From Squalus acanthias (lineage: Eukaryota): a DNA stretch of 64,000 bases. Below the pieces are notes generated by a model. It made no database searches. It was not told where the DNA came from and worked only from the letters and a program-made list of their open reading frames with translations. Both the position numbers and the translations under genes were made by a program. The DNA lies in NCBI GenBank assembly GCA_030390025.1, contig CM059433.1:16618001-16682000 (forward strand). The letters run 5' to 3'. Of the stretch, positions 10,540 through 23,178 are shown in pieces; positions within the stretch are counted from its first letter, which is position 1, and each line of letters opens with the position of its first letter.

Positions 10540-12387
10540 CTATCTATAAGTGCTCTTGTCGACTCTGGTGCTTCCATGAAGTGCAACCTGAGTGGCAACA
10601 GCAGGCGAGGTGGATGGTTGCTGAGAATCTGAAGAGGGAAGTTCATGCGTCCTCCTGGGACGCCCTCGAGAGGCAGTGGGCCATGATGGCCCTGCCTCAG
10701 ACTGCACCATCTCAGCATGGCCTTCAGCAGTCTGGGCCGCCTGGCTGACAGAAAACTGCAGGCAATGGCGGAGTGGCGGGGGAGGGAGCAGGAACGCTGC
10801 CATCTGAAGAGAGGCCAGTAGGTTCCTGCTCCATGATTCCCACACCACTACCTCAGGGCCTCTATTCAGCCCGCCCAGTGACCTTGTGGAGGACAGATCC
10901 CTGGGCATCGGCGACACACTGCTAGCCCCTTTCAACCGAGGAGCCCAGAGCCACCATGGCAGCTGCCTGAGCTTCCATTGCAGCACTTTGCCGTTGCATG
11001 GAAGCTGCAATGACTGCAGTGGAAGCTGCGACCTCAGTCATCAGACGCTGTATGATGTCATGCTCCCATGGTCGCTGGCTGGAATTGGCCAGCCTCTTCA
11101 TGTTGGAAAGATGGGTTCTAGGCTCAACGTCAAGCCATGGACCAAGGTGGAGGCGGACTCCTCTAGCCCCCTCGCCACGACCCGTAAGCTTCAGGCAGGC
11201 TCTCCATTGCACCAAGCATTTGGTTTCTCAGACCCATCAGCCTTCTTCGGAAGCTTGGCCCTCTGAGGTCCTCATCTTTCTACACTACAGCAGAACTAGT
11301 ATGCGACCTTGCCCCCAGCAAGGTGGCACCTGTGGTGTCCCTTCCACCTGGTGTGACTGCTGCCCACTAGTGCCCAGTGTGTGCGACTGTGAGGATCCGT
11401 GTTCTACCCTAGCCTCTAAGTTACGCATGGTTACAGAGATAGCCATTGGCGCAGTGCATTCTTCCTCACTCTCCTCCTCCTCCTACTCTGGGGGGGTGAG
11501 GTGGCTCTCGCTCATCTTCCACTTCATCAGGGGGGCAAGGTGGATCTTTCTCCTGGGTGCCTGCAATGATAAAGCTAGAAGGGTTAGGGTGCAGTGCGTC
11601 CGGCCGCTATAGGAAGATGTGTGTGATGAGACCATATGGAGCTTGGGAGTGAGGATAGGTTTGGGGGATTAGGGATCAGGAATAGTTGTGGCTATGTAAG
11701 GAAGCTGGAGTGGCCACATACCTCTAGGTGATATGTCCTCTGCTCTGCCTGTGACCACGGCGTCTCCCATTCCCCTCCCGATCACGGCCAGCACTGTCTC
11801 CTCAGGGGAGTGATGTCATGCAGGCATGCTTCCCATCCCCCGGTCAGTTCCTGCTGGCGCCTGTTATGTGCTATCTTGTCCTGGAAGAGAAAGAGTGGTG
11901 ATTGTGAGTGAGTGTAATGACAGGTGTGTTTGTGTGATGCCTCACATGGTTGAATAGCTGAGTGATGTGTCTGAGGTGTGAGTAGTGCCGTTGAAGGATG
12001 CAATAGTGTGGGGTGTGTGACTATCAGAGTATAGTTAGAAGGTGATGACGTGTGTTGAGGTTGTGATGCCGGTGGCGGTGCAGTTATTGAGCAGTGCGTT
12101 TGTGAGATGGGATCTTACCTTGACTACTCTTGTCAAGTCGTTAAATTTCTTGCGGTACTGGAGCCATGTTCAGGGCTCCTGGCTGTCACCTCTTGGGCAA
12201 TCTCCTCCCACATGAGGCGCATTAGCTGCCTCCGTGGCCTCCTCCCCCCCTGCGGGTACAAGACATCCACCCTCCTTTGGACCTCCTCCACCACGACCTC
12301 CAGTGCCGCATCCGAGGACCTGGGCACCCTCTCTCTCGCGGTTCCCGAGCCATCCTTCAACATTCGATTCTCTCCCAGCCAGCGCAC
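10540..12387 (-). pseudogene. Harbinger Myb/SANT-like partner gene remnant (H0), 3 exons: ~12387-12119, 11880-11722, 11560-10540
   Basis: RERVPRSSDAALEVVVEEV...WEEIAQEV...RKKFNDLTRVVK|gtaaga; ag|DKIAHNRRQQELTGG. Canonical splice sites at the same positions as in H1; frameshifted. Confidence 0.8.
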
Positions 12388-12984
12388 TTCATACCTTCAG
12401 TGGAGTGGAAGTGGGTGAGTGGAGGCTACATCTACCACTCCAGGAAAATTGCTTCTAATCAGGGCTTGAGTGCTAAACATGCAGATGTCTGTTTAAGCAC
12501 GTTTAAATCACGGTGATCATCAATTAGCCCCAAAATGACATACTAAAACCACACTTTCAAACAGGCGTTTCTTATTAGCACAGCACCCATTTAGCGTTTG
12601 TTTTTACCCTTCCACCAAAATAACCCCCAAGATCTCCGACTACCTCACCATTCCAGCTTGATCGCATATTTACTTAGTAATGTGTCATTTGCAGCCCTAA
12701 TCAAATTAAAGAAGGCTGGCCCAGAAGAGATAGTATTCCAACAGGCAATCAAATGATTAATTGTACCCTTTCAATTAGAGTATAATAAGATTTGAGAGTT
12801 AGATCAGTTGATAGGTTGTTGATAATGGTACAGCTAAGCTGCTTTTACATTGGTGCTATTTGAGATACTGAACCAGCTCCCTGTGTTTACATTGTTAAAA
12901 ATGGCTCCTGTGTCTTGAAGGTAAAATTGCAGACCCCGTTTTTAGTTCTCATCTCTGAGAACTGGGCTGGAATCCAACACAGAC

Positions 12985-13222
12985 TGATGAGATTATATTC
13001 TCCAATCTCTAATGAGTGTGTGGATGCTTTACACCAGGGAGCAGTTAAGGCAGAGACCAATGCAATTTTAAGGAAAAAGTGGATAAGTATTTGAAGCAGA
13101 GGAAGAAGATACAAGGCTCTGGGGAGAGAGAAGGGCAGTGGGATTAGCTTTAACAAAAAGTTACTGCAGACACGATGGGCCAAATGGCCTCCTTCAGTGG
13201 TGTAAGCTTCTATGGTTCTAAA
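12985..13222 (+). mobile_element. CR1 LINE 3' fragment
   Basis: GTGTGGATGCTTTACACCAGGGAGCAG...GATGGGCCAAATGGCCTCCTTC...TTCTATGGTTCTA tail. Confidence 0.6.
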
Positions 13223-14725
13223 TTGTATTATCCACTTACTGAACATAGCTGGAAAAATACAGCCCCCGCTCCCCGAATGTCATCAAACTGGTTCAGCTTA
13301 GTTTTTGAATCTCGTGTCGAGTCCTCATATAAATTTCAAACACAGCAGATGAAACTACGCAGCAACATGGTTAGAGTCTGCTGATCTTTGTTTTCACTAA
13401 TAGATTTCCTTGTGTCCTTTTGGGTGATTTTTCAGCAAAAAAATCTGTACAAGCGAATGTAAACAGTATCAACTGCAAAGCAACATGCTTTCAATGTGAG
13501 GGGGAGGGGGGGGGGGGTCGAAGCTTTTCTAAACTCTTTGACCCTCTTCTGATAAGTCACATTGAAAGAGGGTCTGGTTGAGAATACTTTAACAAGCGTT
13601 TTACAGTTCTACACAAAATTCAAGTCTCACCTTGAGGCCCCCTCCAATCATTTCAGGGATTCCCGAGGGAGCTGAGGCCCCCTGACTACAACCCCTTGGG
13701 GGAATCCAAATTCTGGCGACAATAGTACTATTGTCATTCTTCAATAGCCATGCACTGCAAGACAGTAGTAGTAGGCAGAAATATGTCCTGACTTAAGTTT
13801 TAAAAAACTGGGTGGATAAATGCTACAAGAAACTCTTGCAGGATAGTAAAAGAAGAGCACGGGATTTATCATTTGTTCAACAGGACGTGCTTTAAAGTCT
13901 ATTGCATGCTTCTGAGAGGCTAGAGGTATTCCATATCGAACATATCCTACCAAATATTTTGGTAAGAGAAGAGAAACACATCTGTTACCTGTCACCAATC
14001 ATTCAACATACCTCAGTGTGAGCAGGTTAAAAGCCGAATGTTGGAATGCAAAACAGTCGCTACTGAAGCATTTCTTTTGGAGGAGATTTCTCCCACATTG
14101 CCATCATCAGAAACTTTCCGGGTTAAAACACAAAGCGTGGTTTAATTGGAATACACGGTGGCAGCGAGCTGTTGATCATTTGCCTGCAGATGGACTCCCA
14201 GTTTGATAAATTTGGTTCTCATTGTTTCGGCTCTCTCCAGTGCCTGTTGACAATACTATTTTACCTGTCGGGGCTTGTTACAGTGACAGGCTATTGAAGG
14301 AAAGCATGAGCTGACGATAACAAATAATTGGTTTGACTTACCTCGTAAATCATTAAGGTCAAAGGGAATAATGCGTTGGCACTGGTGGTACTTAAATGGG
14401 GCAGAAAAGGTTTGGTGGAACTCAAATGTTACCTTGGAAATTGTCTCTAATGTTATCAATGAAAAGTTTTCGAGTGAGACTGACCTGAGCAGGAAATGCC
14501 ATGCAGACTATTCTGCTGGCATGGTGTATATCTTTCGAGGATAAAAATCATGAACTATAGGACACAATAAAACTGCTTTACAGAGAGTATACTTTACAAG
14601 AAGGATTCTTTACGGTGCCCTTACACAGGGTTATATTTTTGCTTTATGCCAAACTCAAAATAAGAATTTTGAAATCCAGTTGTACCGTCAGTGCTCCTTC
14701 TCACAACCAGCCTGCTTCCTAAAGG

Positions 14726-15190
14726 AGCTGTGGCTCAGTGGGTAGCACACTTGCCTCTGAGTCAGAAGGTTGAGGGTTCATGTCCCACTCCAGGAACTTG
14801 AGGACATAAAGCTAGGCTGACACTCCAGTGCAGTGCTGAGGAGTGCTGCACTGTCAGAGGTGCCGACTTTTGGATGAGACGTTAAACCGAGGGCCCGTCT
14901 GCTCTCTCAGGTGGACGTAAAAGATCCCAGGGCACTATTTCGAAGTAAGAGCAGGGGAGTTATCCCCGGTGTCCTGGCCAATATTTATCCATCAACCAAC
15001 ATAACAAAAACAGATTATCTGGTCATTATCACATTGCTGTTTGTGGGAGCTTGCTGTGCGCAAATTGGCTGCCGCGTTTCCCACATTACAACAGTGACTA
15101 CACTCCAAAAGTACTTCATTGGCTGTAAAGTGCTTTGAGATGTCCGGTGGCCGTGAAAGGCGCTATATAAATGCAAGTCTTTCTTTCTTT
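14726..15190 (+). mobile_element. Full-length tRNA-derived Deu-domain SINE (SacSINE1-like)
   Basis: Pol III A box TGGCTCAGTGG, B box GGTTCATGTCC, central domain ending TTGCTGTTTGTGGGAGCTTGCTGTGCGCAAATTGGCTGCC, and L2-type tail AAGGCGCTATATAAATGCAAG(TCTT)n. Confidence 0.8.
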
Positions 15191-15959
15191 AGCTGTAAAA
15201 TCTTGTAGTTTTATTTTTTTTTAATTATAACATAATTCACCCTACCTTAATCATTTTGAAAAAAAGCGTTATAAATGATTGATTATTTTTACAAATTTAT
15301 CTACTTTTTGCTTAGGGCTAGGCCTTTGCATTTTACAATATTTCCCCCCCCCCCCCCTTCCTGTTTCTTGGATCTCCCAGTGCCATGCATAATCCCTGAC
15401 AACTTTGTCCTGACAACATTCTCAAACGAGCCACTAGGAGGTGTGAGAATAGTCTGGAACTGTCTTTCAAAGCCAGAGAATGTGCATTGCAGGCCATGCA
15501 ATGTTGTACAGATTTATTTCAGCACCAGTGGGAGGGATTCACAATATAAATTTATTCATTGCAAATTACCCGAGGGATAGGAAACAACATGCAGGGCAAT
15601 GTCTGCAAAGTTGGACTCAAATCCAGAAATATGCAAATGATGAGATGGGACTACCAATATTGGTTGAGGGAAGAAACAGCTGGGGGAGAGCTGACCAGAA
15701 AGGTTGGGGAGGGTGGTAGCGAAGGGTTGGTTATACAAACTTCAGATTGAAAGCGACACTTCTGATCCTCCTGATCTTCCGTCCTTTGTTGTTTGATGAA
15801 GTAACTAGCCTCTCCTCTGCCCTGCACCTCCTCGCAGTGACACACCTGAAATTGGAAACTAAACATGCGGGCTCAAGCAGGTAACCATTCTGCAGCTCTG
15901 CACAATCTAATTCACTGCACCATCGTGCCACCCCATTTAAAAAAAAATCTTACTTTTTG

Positions 15960-16305
15960 TCCATGGCCTCGCTCCACCCTATTTCTCCTCCAGTCCTACA
16001 AGCTTCCGAGATCTCTGCGCTCCTCCAATTCTGGCCTCTTGTGCATCCCCAATTTTCATCGCTTCACCATTGGCCGTGGTGCCTTCAGCTGCTTAGGCCC
16101 TAAGCTCTGGAATTCCCTCCCTAAATCTGGCCGCCTCTCTACCTCTCTCTCCTCCTTTAAGTTGCTCTTTAAAACCTACCTTGTCACCTATCCTAATATC
16201 TCCTTATGTGGCTCAGCGTCAAATTTTGTTCGCTAACGCTCCTATGAAATGCCTTGGGACATTTTACTACATTAGAGCCGCTATATAAATGAAAGTTGTT
16301 GTTGT
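15960..16305 (+). mobile_element. L2-clade LINE 3' fragment
   Basis: RSLRSSNSGLL...AFSCLGPKLWNSLP peptide followed by the L2 3' tail. Confidence 0.75.
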
Positions 16306-18051
16306 TCTAGTTGTTCCAATGTACCTCTAACTCCGCGGGTGCCACCTTCCTCCAACAAGAGCAACAGATACAATGGTGGGACCCATGGACATTCTGTGAA
16401 GCGGGGTCAGAATGTGTAGAATCAACAGGAGGAGTTGCTTCAACTGCTTGCTGTTGTTCTGAGCCCTACTGCACGCCCGGGCGACCTGCGAGTGTGATCA
16501 CGTTAGTCTCTATTGGCCCTCTCGCAATCAATGGGCACTGCAGGAAGCTGTCTGCCTCATCAATGACAAGAAGAACAGAATCATTATCTAATGCTCTACA
16601 CATGCATTTTTTAGTTTGACTGGGCCACTTGTTTTTGCATTAGTGGTGTCCTCCTCTTGAGGGGGACATTTGTCGTGGTATTTTCCCTGGTGGTGTTGGG
16701 CTCACACCCCACTGCCACTCTATTGACCCAGATTCAAAATAGAATCAGGCTGCAGTACACACAACTTACTCACAATGAAAATCGTGCCTCTGAGAGGACG
16801 CTTCTCGACTCAAAGTTACTAATTAATTAATGATGATAATGATAAATTCATCAGCAGATCATTAATGGGAGAGAAATGGTCTTTAACTATGTTGTTACAT
16901 GAACTGGGGAAGAAAGTATAGTATTAATAAGTTCTAAAAACAGAAGCTTAGCTGGAAAAAGTCTATTTACAACTTAGGTAGACAATGTGTTCTGCAATCA
17001 CTCTATAAAGCATTCAACTATACTTTTGTGTCTGATTTTGTTGAATCTCAATGTAATAATGTTCAGCTATTGAGTCATTGTCCATATTCTCCTGCAAGCT
17101 ATATTTCAAAAATTATATTTTTCCTTTTAGATCCGGCATCAAGCTCCCGTTATCGCCAGGATTGTGAACTTAATTTTCACCTCTTAAAGGTAGGAGGGCA
17201 CCCTGTCATATAACACGCATTCTAAGACCTATAAAGTGCATCACTGAGTTGTGATGACCTTCGATGCAAATGACCAAATATTCATACCACACCACCAGTT
17301 ATTGCCAGATGCTACTTATTCAATCACGCTCTGCACATTGCCGACTGTTACATGGCAATAAACCATGTAAAGCTCCCACTTGTGCATTTATTGCAGTTAA
17401 TTAACCAACATCAGGGCTGTGGAATTATCATTAACAACTAGCAATTAAATAGAATGTCCGTGAGCATGTGAAAACAGAAGACATGTAACCAAAATTAAAA
17501 ATAAAAGTATTGGCAGATGCTGTATACGGTGGGCAGATTGGAATGAATATGAGGCACTTTTCACTTTCCTTCTGTTTGTTTTATTGAAATGTCAACGTTC
17601 TCTTTGGATGCTTTAGTCACTCAGTCAGATAATTAAGTTAATGAGAGACCAGGGCATTATAACTTGCAGAGAATGTGTAGAAAAGTGGGCTAAATATTTA
17701 CTTAATTCCATGATTTCTTATGTTCTTGTGTTGAAAATAAACAGAACATTAACAAAACACAAAATCGTATTCACAAAAATTACAGAAGCCAGAATTTACC
17801 AGCACTTCCGAACACCTTATTAAAACAACAGTCCGATACAGTTGAAAGTATTTAAATATATTTTTTTCTAATTTCCTTATTACCCCCACTCCCACACACT
17901 CAAAAGGCATTGAATTATGCTTGGGTATGCCGCAACTGACATCACAGATCACTGGTACCTTATCCAAGTAGCCATTATTCATTTGTGAGCCTAAATGGAA
18001 AATATTAGCAGGCAATTCAACCATAGGGGGCACCACAATCAAATCCTTTCC

Positions 18052-18136
18052 TGGGGCAAGATTTCCCCTGTGTACTATTTATAAAGAAAGCATTGTGATT
18101 TCACTACAAATAACAAACAAGGGAAATCTTCAACCC
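18052..18136. mobile_element. Tiny palindromic MITE
   Basis: GGGGCAAGATTTCCC...GGGAAATCTTCAACCC inverted ends. Confidence 0.4.
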
Positions 18137-19004
18137 TAATGTCTGGATACACATGTATTTTCCAGCAAGAAGCATTGGATAATGATCAGGAGTCCATAGT
18201 AGCTGCCTCACTGCCACACTAACTGAGATCAGTTAACAGAGTACAGACTGAGCATCCAACTTGGGTCTTGAATGGCTCAGTACTGTGCCACTTACACACT
18301 GAGCTCAGTGACATTCTTTTAAATTTAATCTGATGTTTGGTGCTAACATTCTATTAGTTTGCAGGTTATCCTTACACCGTGCTAATAAATCAATTGATTT
18401 ATTGATTCCAGTAGAACTGATTGGAAAAGAAAACCAGTGAGGGTCTATCAGAAATCTCCCTGTGGTTCCACTGTAAATACAGGAAAATACAGACAAAATG
18501 CTCCCTCAGTCAGAAAGGTTTAAAGGCTGATCGCACTAGCCTATCAGAACCCTGTCAAATATACTGTTAGTATTTCTCTGCTGGAGTGAAATCGCATCGT
18601 TAGTAGTAACAAATGTGTTAACACATTTGAATGAAATTCCTTTATTGGTTATTTTGACATAGGTGCTAACCTATTTATTTTAAATAAGTTAACAGCTAAG
18701 CAAAATAGCAAAAGGATTTGAGACAAACATTAGCACAGTCATTACTAATATCTCACCCCACTTATGTCCTGTTGCATGTTATCTTTATCTAAAAGAAAGT
18801 AAATTTTCTTTGCTAGTCTGCAAAATCCTAATGAGTTTACCCATTTGCTGGTAGGTTGTGATTCGATGATAGGGGAGAAAGGGGGGAGAGCGCCGGCTGC
18901 CAGAAAATATTCTAAATAAACATGAATTGGGGTTTGTCCTTGCTTGGGGCTATGTAACGTGGATAGGTCGACCCATCCCTCTTCTATTACACACAGCCTG
19001 CTCC

Positions 19005-19125
19005 CTGATGATGTCATGAAACCCTGGAGCTGAGCCATGATTTGCTGTGTTTTATTGCAGGGGGGCGGGCCTCGCAGCAAAGGTGAATCAGTTGAAAGGG
19101 AGCCAGCTTTAGTAAAAGTGAAGTC
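19005..19125 (+). promoter_or_regulatory. Putative FAM110C proximal promoter
   Basis: CRE-like TGATGTCA (~19010), GC box GGGGCGGG (~19062) and an AT-rich TTTAGTAAAA (~19108), about 290-390 bp upstream of the ATG at the edge of the CpG island. Confidence 0.4.
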
Positions 19126-19396
19126 AGTGTCCATGACAGCAAGTACTGCTTACTGTATGTCAGCGCCGAGCACACGACCAGAACAGCTACACCTTCTTGG
19201 ATTGTGAATTACCTCTGGGAAATTAGCAAGATACACACAAAAAAAAGGATACCAGAACAAGAGACAAAAAAGGATACAAGAATTTGGACCTTTTTTTTAG
19301 GGAGGGTGCTTACATGACAATCTTTTCTCCCTCGTTGAGTTTTAATTTGTTGGCAGCTGTTTGTTTTCTCTGTCTGGATCTGCACCGTTGAGTGAC

Positions 19397-20533
19397 ATGC
19401 CGACTGAGATCTCCCACACTCCGAGTCTGCAGCCGGAGGTGAGCTCCTCGCTGCCCCTGAGAATCCTCAACAAGGGTCCCAGTTACCTCCGCCGGCAGAT
19501 GGAAGGGGACAACCGGGGGCGGCTCAGCGCCGTGGCGAGACTGGCAGCCGACAAGGCCAAGTACGTGAAGAGCCAGCGGGTGATGGCGAGCAAGCAGGAG
19601 CCGGTGGGCTTGGGTAGCTCGGCCTCGGAGGGCGGCAGCAGCAGCACCACCACCACCACCACCACCGAAAGCGACCTGGGCACCAGCGCCAAGCAGCCGG
19701 GCCACAGCAAGCCCAGCGGCCAGGACTCGCAAAGGTTGTCTACCACCACCAGCAGCAACACCACCACCAGCACCAGCGGCGACCTCTTCCAGACGCCCTT
19801 CCAGCAGGCATCAGCCATCGCCAGGCGCTCCAGCTCCAAGAGGCAGATGAGGCCGGACTCTTTGGTCATCTACCGGCAGAAGTGCGAGTTTGTCAAGGGG
19901 GCCAGCGGCGAGAGCCCGCGGGGCAACCAGAGCCTGGTCAGGAGGCTCTTCCAGGGCTCCGGCAGGGACAAGCAGGTGGCCTCCCCCGAGGTGCCCAAGG
20001 TCATCATCAAGGAGGACACCAGGTCGGACAGCCTGGAGAGCTCGCAGGTGGGCAGCGAGCCCGAGGGCAGCAGCCCGCTGCCTGGCATGGTCAACCCAGC
20101 CATGCCACCCCCTGGACCCTCGACCACCGAGCAGCGGGGCAAGCTGGCAGTGCCCGGGCGCCTGAAGGAGCTCAAGGGCAGGGGGCTGCACCGCTCGCAG
20201 TCCGACATCAGCTCCAGGTACTCCAAAGCCTTCTCCGAGTTTGACAGCTTCTTCAAGTACTGCGGCCTGGACCCCGAGGTGGTGGAGGACCTGGGCCGGG
20301 AGAAGTTCTCCTCCGCCTCCGACAGCCTGGCCCTCAAGATCCGCAGCGTGAGTGTGCCGGGCTCCGAGAGCGAGTTCTCCCGGCACAGCGGCGACAACGA
20401 GCGGCTGCTGGAGGGAGAGCTGAGCGAGCAGAACCCCTCCTCCCTGTCCGTCATCGAGCGCAACGCCCGGGTTATCAAGTGGCTGTACGGCTGCAAGAGG
20501 GCCAAGGAGTCCAAGGCTGCGGTGCTGGTGTAG
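19397..20533 (+). CDS. FAM110C: Protein FAM110C (FAM110 family, centrosome/microtubule-associated), 378 aa, uninterrupted ORF
   Basis: ATG at 19397 (MPTEIS...). N-terminal PLRILNKGPSYLRRQ...LSAVARLAADKAKYVKS; FAM110C-type RPDSLVIYRQKCEFVKG and SLVRRLFQG; C-terminal LHRSQSDISSRYS...FFKYCGLDPEVVE...SVIERNARVIKWLY. Strong GC3 bias. Confidence 0.88.
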   Translation: MPTEISHTPSLQPEVSSSLPLRILNKGPSYLRRQMEGDNRGRLSAVARLAADKAKYVKSQRVMASKQEPVGLGSSASEGGSSSTTTTTTTESDLGTSAKQPGHSKPSGQDSQRLSTTTSSNTTTSTSGDLFQTPFQQASAIARRSSSKRQMRPDSLVIYRQKCEFVKGASGESPRGNQSLVRRLFQGSGRDKQVASPEVPKVIIKEDTRSDSLESSQVGSEPEGSSPLPGMVNPAMPPPGPSTTEQRGKLAVPGRLKELKGRGLHRSQSDISSRYSKAFSEFDSFFKYCGLDPEVVEDLGREKFSSASDSLALKIRSVSVPGSESEFSRHSGDNERLLEGELSEQNPSSLSVIERNARVIKWLYGCKRAKESKAAVLV

Positions 20534-20641
20534 CTGCTCGGCAGCTCCGGCGAGAGACTCGGTCAGCGGGGGCAACGTTGCATCGTCCAATCTGGCTGAC
20601 GCATTGTCTGGGATGAGTGCACTTCATTTCTTGCTTATATC

Positions 20642-20662
20642 TGTGTGTGTGTGTGTGTGTGT
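20642..20662 (+). repeat. (TG)n microsatellite
   Basis: Direct reading. Confidence 0.9.
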
Positions 20663-20714
20663 TTATTTCAACATCAGTGCCTTGATGCAAAAGAGAGAAC
20701 ATGTAAAGTGGAAT

Positions 20715-20825
20715 GGAGTTACTGCAGATGCTGGAAATCTGAAGCAAGAACATTAAGTGCTGGGAACACACAGCAAGTGAGTTCGCATCTGTGGAGAGAA
20801 CAGATAATTTAAGATTTCAGGTGGG
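20715..20825 (-). mobile_element. Penelope-type end fragment
   Basis: GCTGGGAACACACAGCAAG...GCATCTGTGGAGAGA is the reverse complement of the motif at 28140-28195; also seen at 26270-26362. Confidence 0.55.
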
Positions 20826-21041
20826 GAATGCTGTGCCCCCCCCCCCTCTCTCTTTTCACTATCTTAACAGAGTCTCCCTGAGGGGGCGGGGGGGGGGGGG
20901 GGAAGGTTTTTTAAAACTGTTATGTCTACCTTTTTGACGGGTTTAGAGATATTCTGATGGCCTCAGTTCAGAGTTTCATAGAGGTTACAGCAATACATAC
21001 TCATTAATATTTTATTTTATTTAAATCATAGTGATGTCATG

Positions 21042-21765
21042 GAACAACAACTTGTATTTGTATAGCACCTTTAACGTAGTAAAACGTCCCAAGGCGCTTC
21101 ACAGGAGCGTTAGCAAGCAAAATTTAACACCAAGCCACATAAGGAGATATTTGGGCAGATGTCAAAGAGGTCGTTTTTAAGGAGTGTCTTAAAGGAGGAG
21201 AGAGAGGTAGAGAGGCGGAGAGGTTTAGGGAGGGAATTCCAGAGCTCAGGGCCCTGGCAGCTGAAGGCACGGCCAATGATTGAGCGATTAAAATCAGGGA
21301 TGCTCAAGAGGCCAGAATTGGAGGAAGCGCAGATATCTCGGAGGGTTGTCGGGCTGGAGGAGATTATGGAGATCGGGAGGGGCGAGGCCATGGAGGGGTT
21401 TGAAAACAAGGATGAGAATTTTAAAATCGAGGCGTTGCTTAACCGGGGGCCAATGTAGGTCAGCGAGCACAGGGGTGGTGGGCGAACGGGACTTGGCACG
21501 AATTAGGACACGGGCAGCCGAGTTTTGGATGACCTCAAGTTTACGTAGGGTAGAACGTGGGTGGCCAGCCAGGAGTGCGTTGGAATAGTCAAGTCTAGAG
21601 ATAACTAAAGAATGGATGAGGGTTTCAGCAGCAGATGAGCTGAGGCAGTGGCGGAGACGAGCGATGTTACGGAGGTGGAAGTAGTCGGTCTTAGTGATGG
21701 CGCAGATATGTGGTAAGGTGGCAAACAGTCTGGTTCAGCCTCAGACAGTTGCCAGGGAGTGGGAA
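21042..21765 (-). mobile_element. L2-clade LINE 3' fragment
   Basis: Minus-strand ...RAFSCQGPELWNSLPKPLRLSTSLSSFKTLLK with the L2 tail at 21042-21110. Confidence 0.8.
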
Positions 21766-23178
21766 CTATGAGGTAAGCAGAACATAAATCATCCAACAAA
21801 TTTGACAAGTTTGTAACATTTAAAGTTTCAATGACTTCATGAAAAGAGCTGGCAAACCTTTCCTCCACTGTTTACAAATATCACAATGGTGTAATTCATA
21901 CAGAAATAATTATTACATTACTTGCATGCAACAACTCAGTTGCAGAATTAATGATCAACTCATCTCCCTCCCACCAAGCAAAATGGTTTGCAACATACCT
22001 TTTCATTAAGCCAATGTCATTTTAAAGTTTGCAGTATTTCTTCTGTGGCCTCACCTGGACTGAACTGCCTACAGCATAGATTTAAAACTGTCTTTATCAC
22101 AAGGTTTCTTCTATTGCTTTTTATTAAAGAGATTAATTTTATTTTCTGTGTTCAATACAGAATCTGTAAAATGCAGACAGTGTATTCATTTTAAATGGTA
22201 TTGTCACCTACAGATGTTGTCCATGTGAATCTGTATGGATCATGGAAAGGCAACTGCATTATATTTAAGAAAGGTCTTAAAATAGCACCGGATTAATAAT
22301 TTGAGCTACACAGGGTAACCGGAAGTATATTACAACTGTATCACCTCACTTCTGTGTAATGTTGAGCAGCATGAATTGTTAGACGATTCCTGTACACATT
22401 TGTCACAGATCACAAAAGGCAACAGTTTTTCACACCAAAGATATTTTGTGACAGTTTCAAAAATGTAATCTTATTACACGTTTGTAAATATATTTTTATT
22501 CCAAAAAAATGTTTTTTATTTCAGTGTTTGCTTTCAGATATTCATGCTCAATGTACTATTTCCCAGTCAGTTGATAAGGGAGGAGATATGCGCCCAGGTT
22601 TTCTCAATGTTACTCTGGAACTGAGCACTAGAGGGGCACAAGAGGGGCTGGGGTGACTCAATAATTGAGTAGGTACAATGGTTATGATTGGCACCTTTCT
22701 TGATGGCACAGATGAGACTTAAGGATTCGATTTAAAGGAATCATAGGCACAAATTTTACCATCCTGCGATACAATATATTGCTGCACAAACCCACTGCAT
22801 CATGGGGGCTACTTTGAAGCCTTTTTAATTATAAACTGCTGGCGTTGACTTGGGTTGTTGCCACCATCTTGTGCTGCACCATAGTGGATGGCTTTGTACT
22901 TGGAATAGTTTAGACTGTTTTTAAATTTGAACTCAAATTTTGATCCCTCCAGCCCCTTAAAATGAACAAATGCTTTCATGCCAAAAAATAAATGTTTGTT
23001 TATGGTGACTAGGAGAAAAGACAGTGCTTCTAAGTCTACCTGGCTGTCCCTGAGGTCTATCAGTTTTTCACTGCCTGGAGAGATACAGAATGAAGCTGCC
23101 TCCAGAGTCAGATATGCTTTATATTTATATTCTGATTGTACAAAATACCATGGCTATATATGTCTTCATAGAGATATT

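Larger units (their letters stand above)
9304..12628 (+). mobile_element. PIF/Harbinger transposon H0, decayed; left end not found
   Basis: Transposase remnant (+) converging on a Myb/SANT gene remnant (-); right TIR-like AAAATAACCCCC ending near 12628. Confidence 0.8.

Noticed and set aside
14726..14800. tRNA genes (also 37500-37580 and 43262-43350)
   Set aside because: The A/B boxes belong to SINE heads followed by SINE bodies; no complete cloverleaf.
17131..17189. Possible + strand exon (ttccttttag|...AAG|gtagga)
   Set aside because: Splice signals are plausible, but there is no recognisable peptide or partner exon, so it cannot be supported.
19361..19396. ORF-track start at 19361 for FAM110C
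   Set aside because: It is a TTG codon. The ATG at 19397 gives the family-typical MPTE start.
19310..20590. Long antisense and alternate-frame ORFs over FAM110C (259, 214, 140, 128 aa)
   Set aside because: Shadow ORFs caused by high GC3 codon bias; no recognisable domains.
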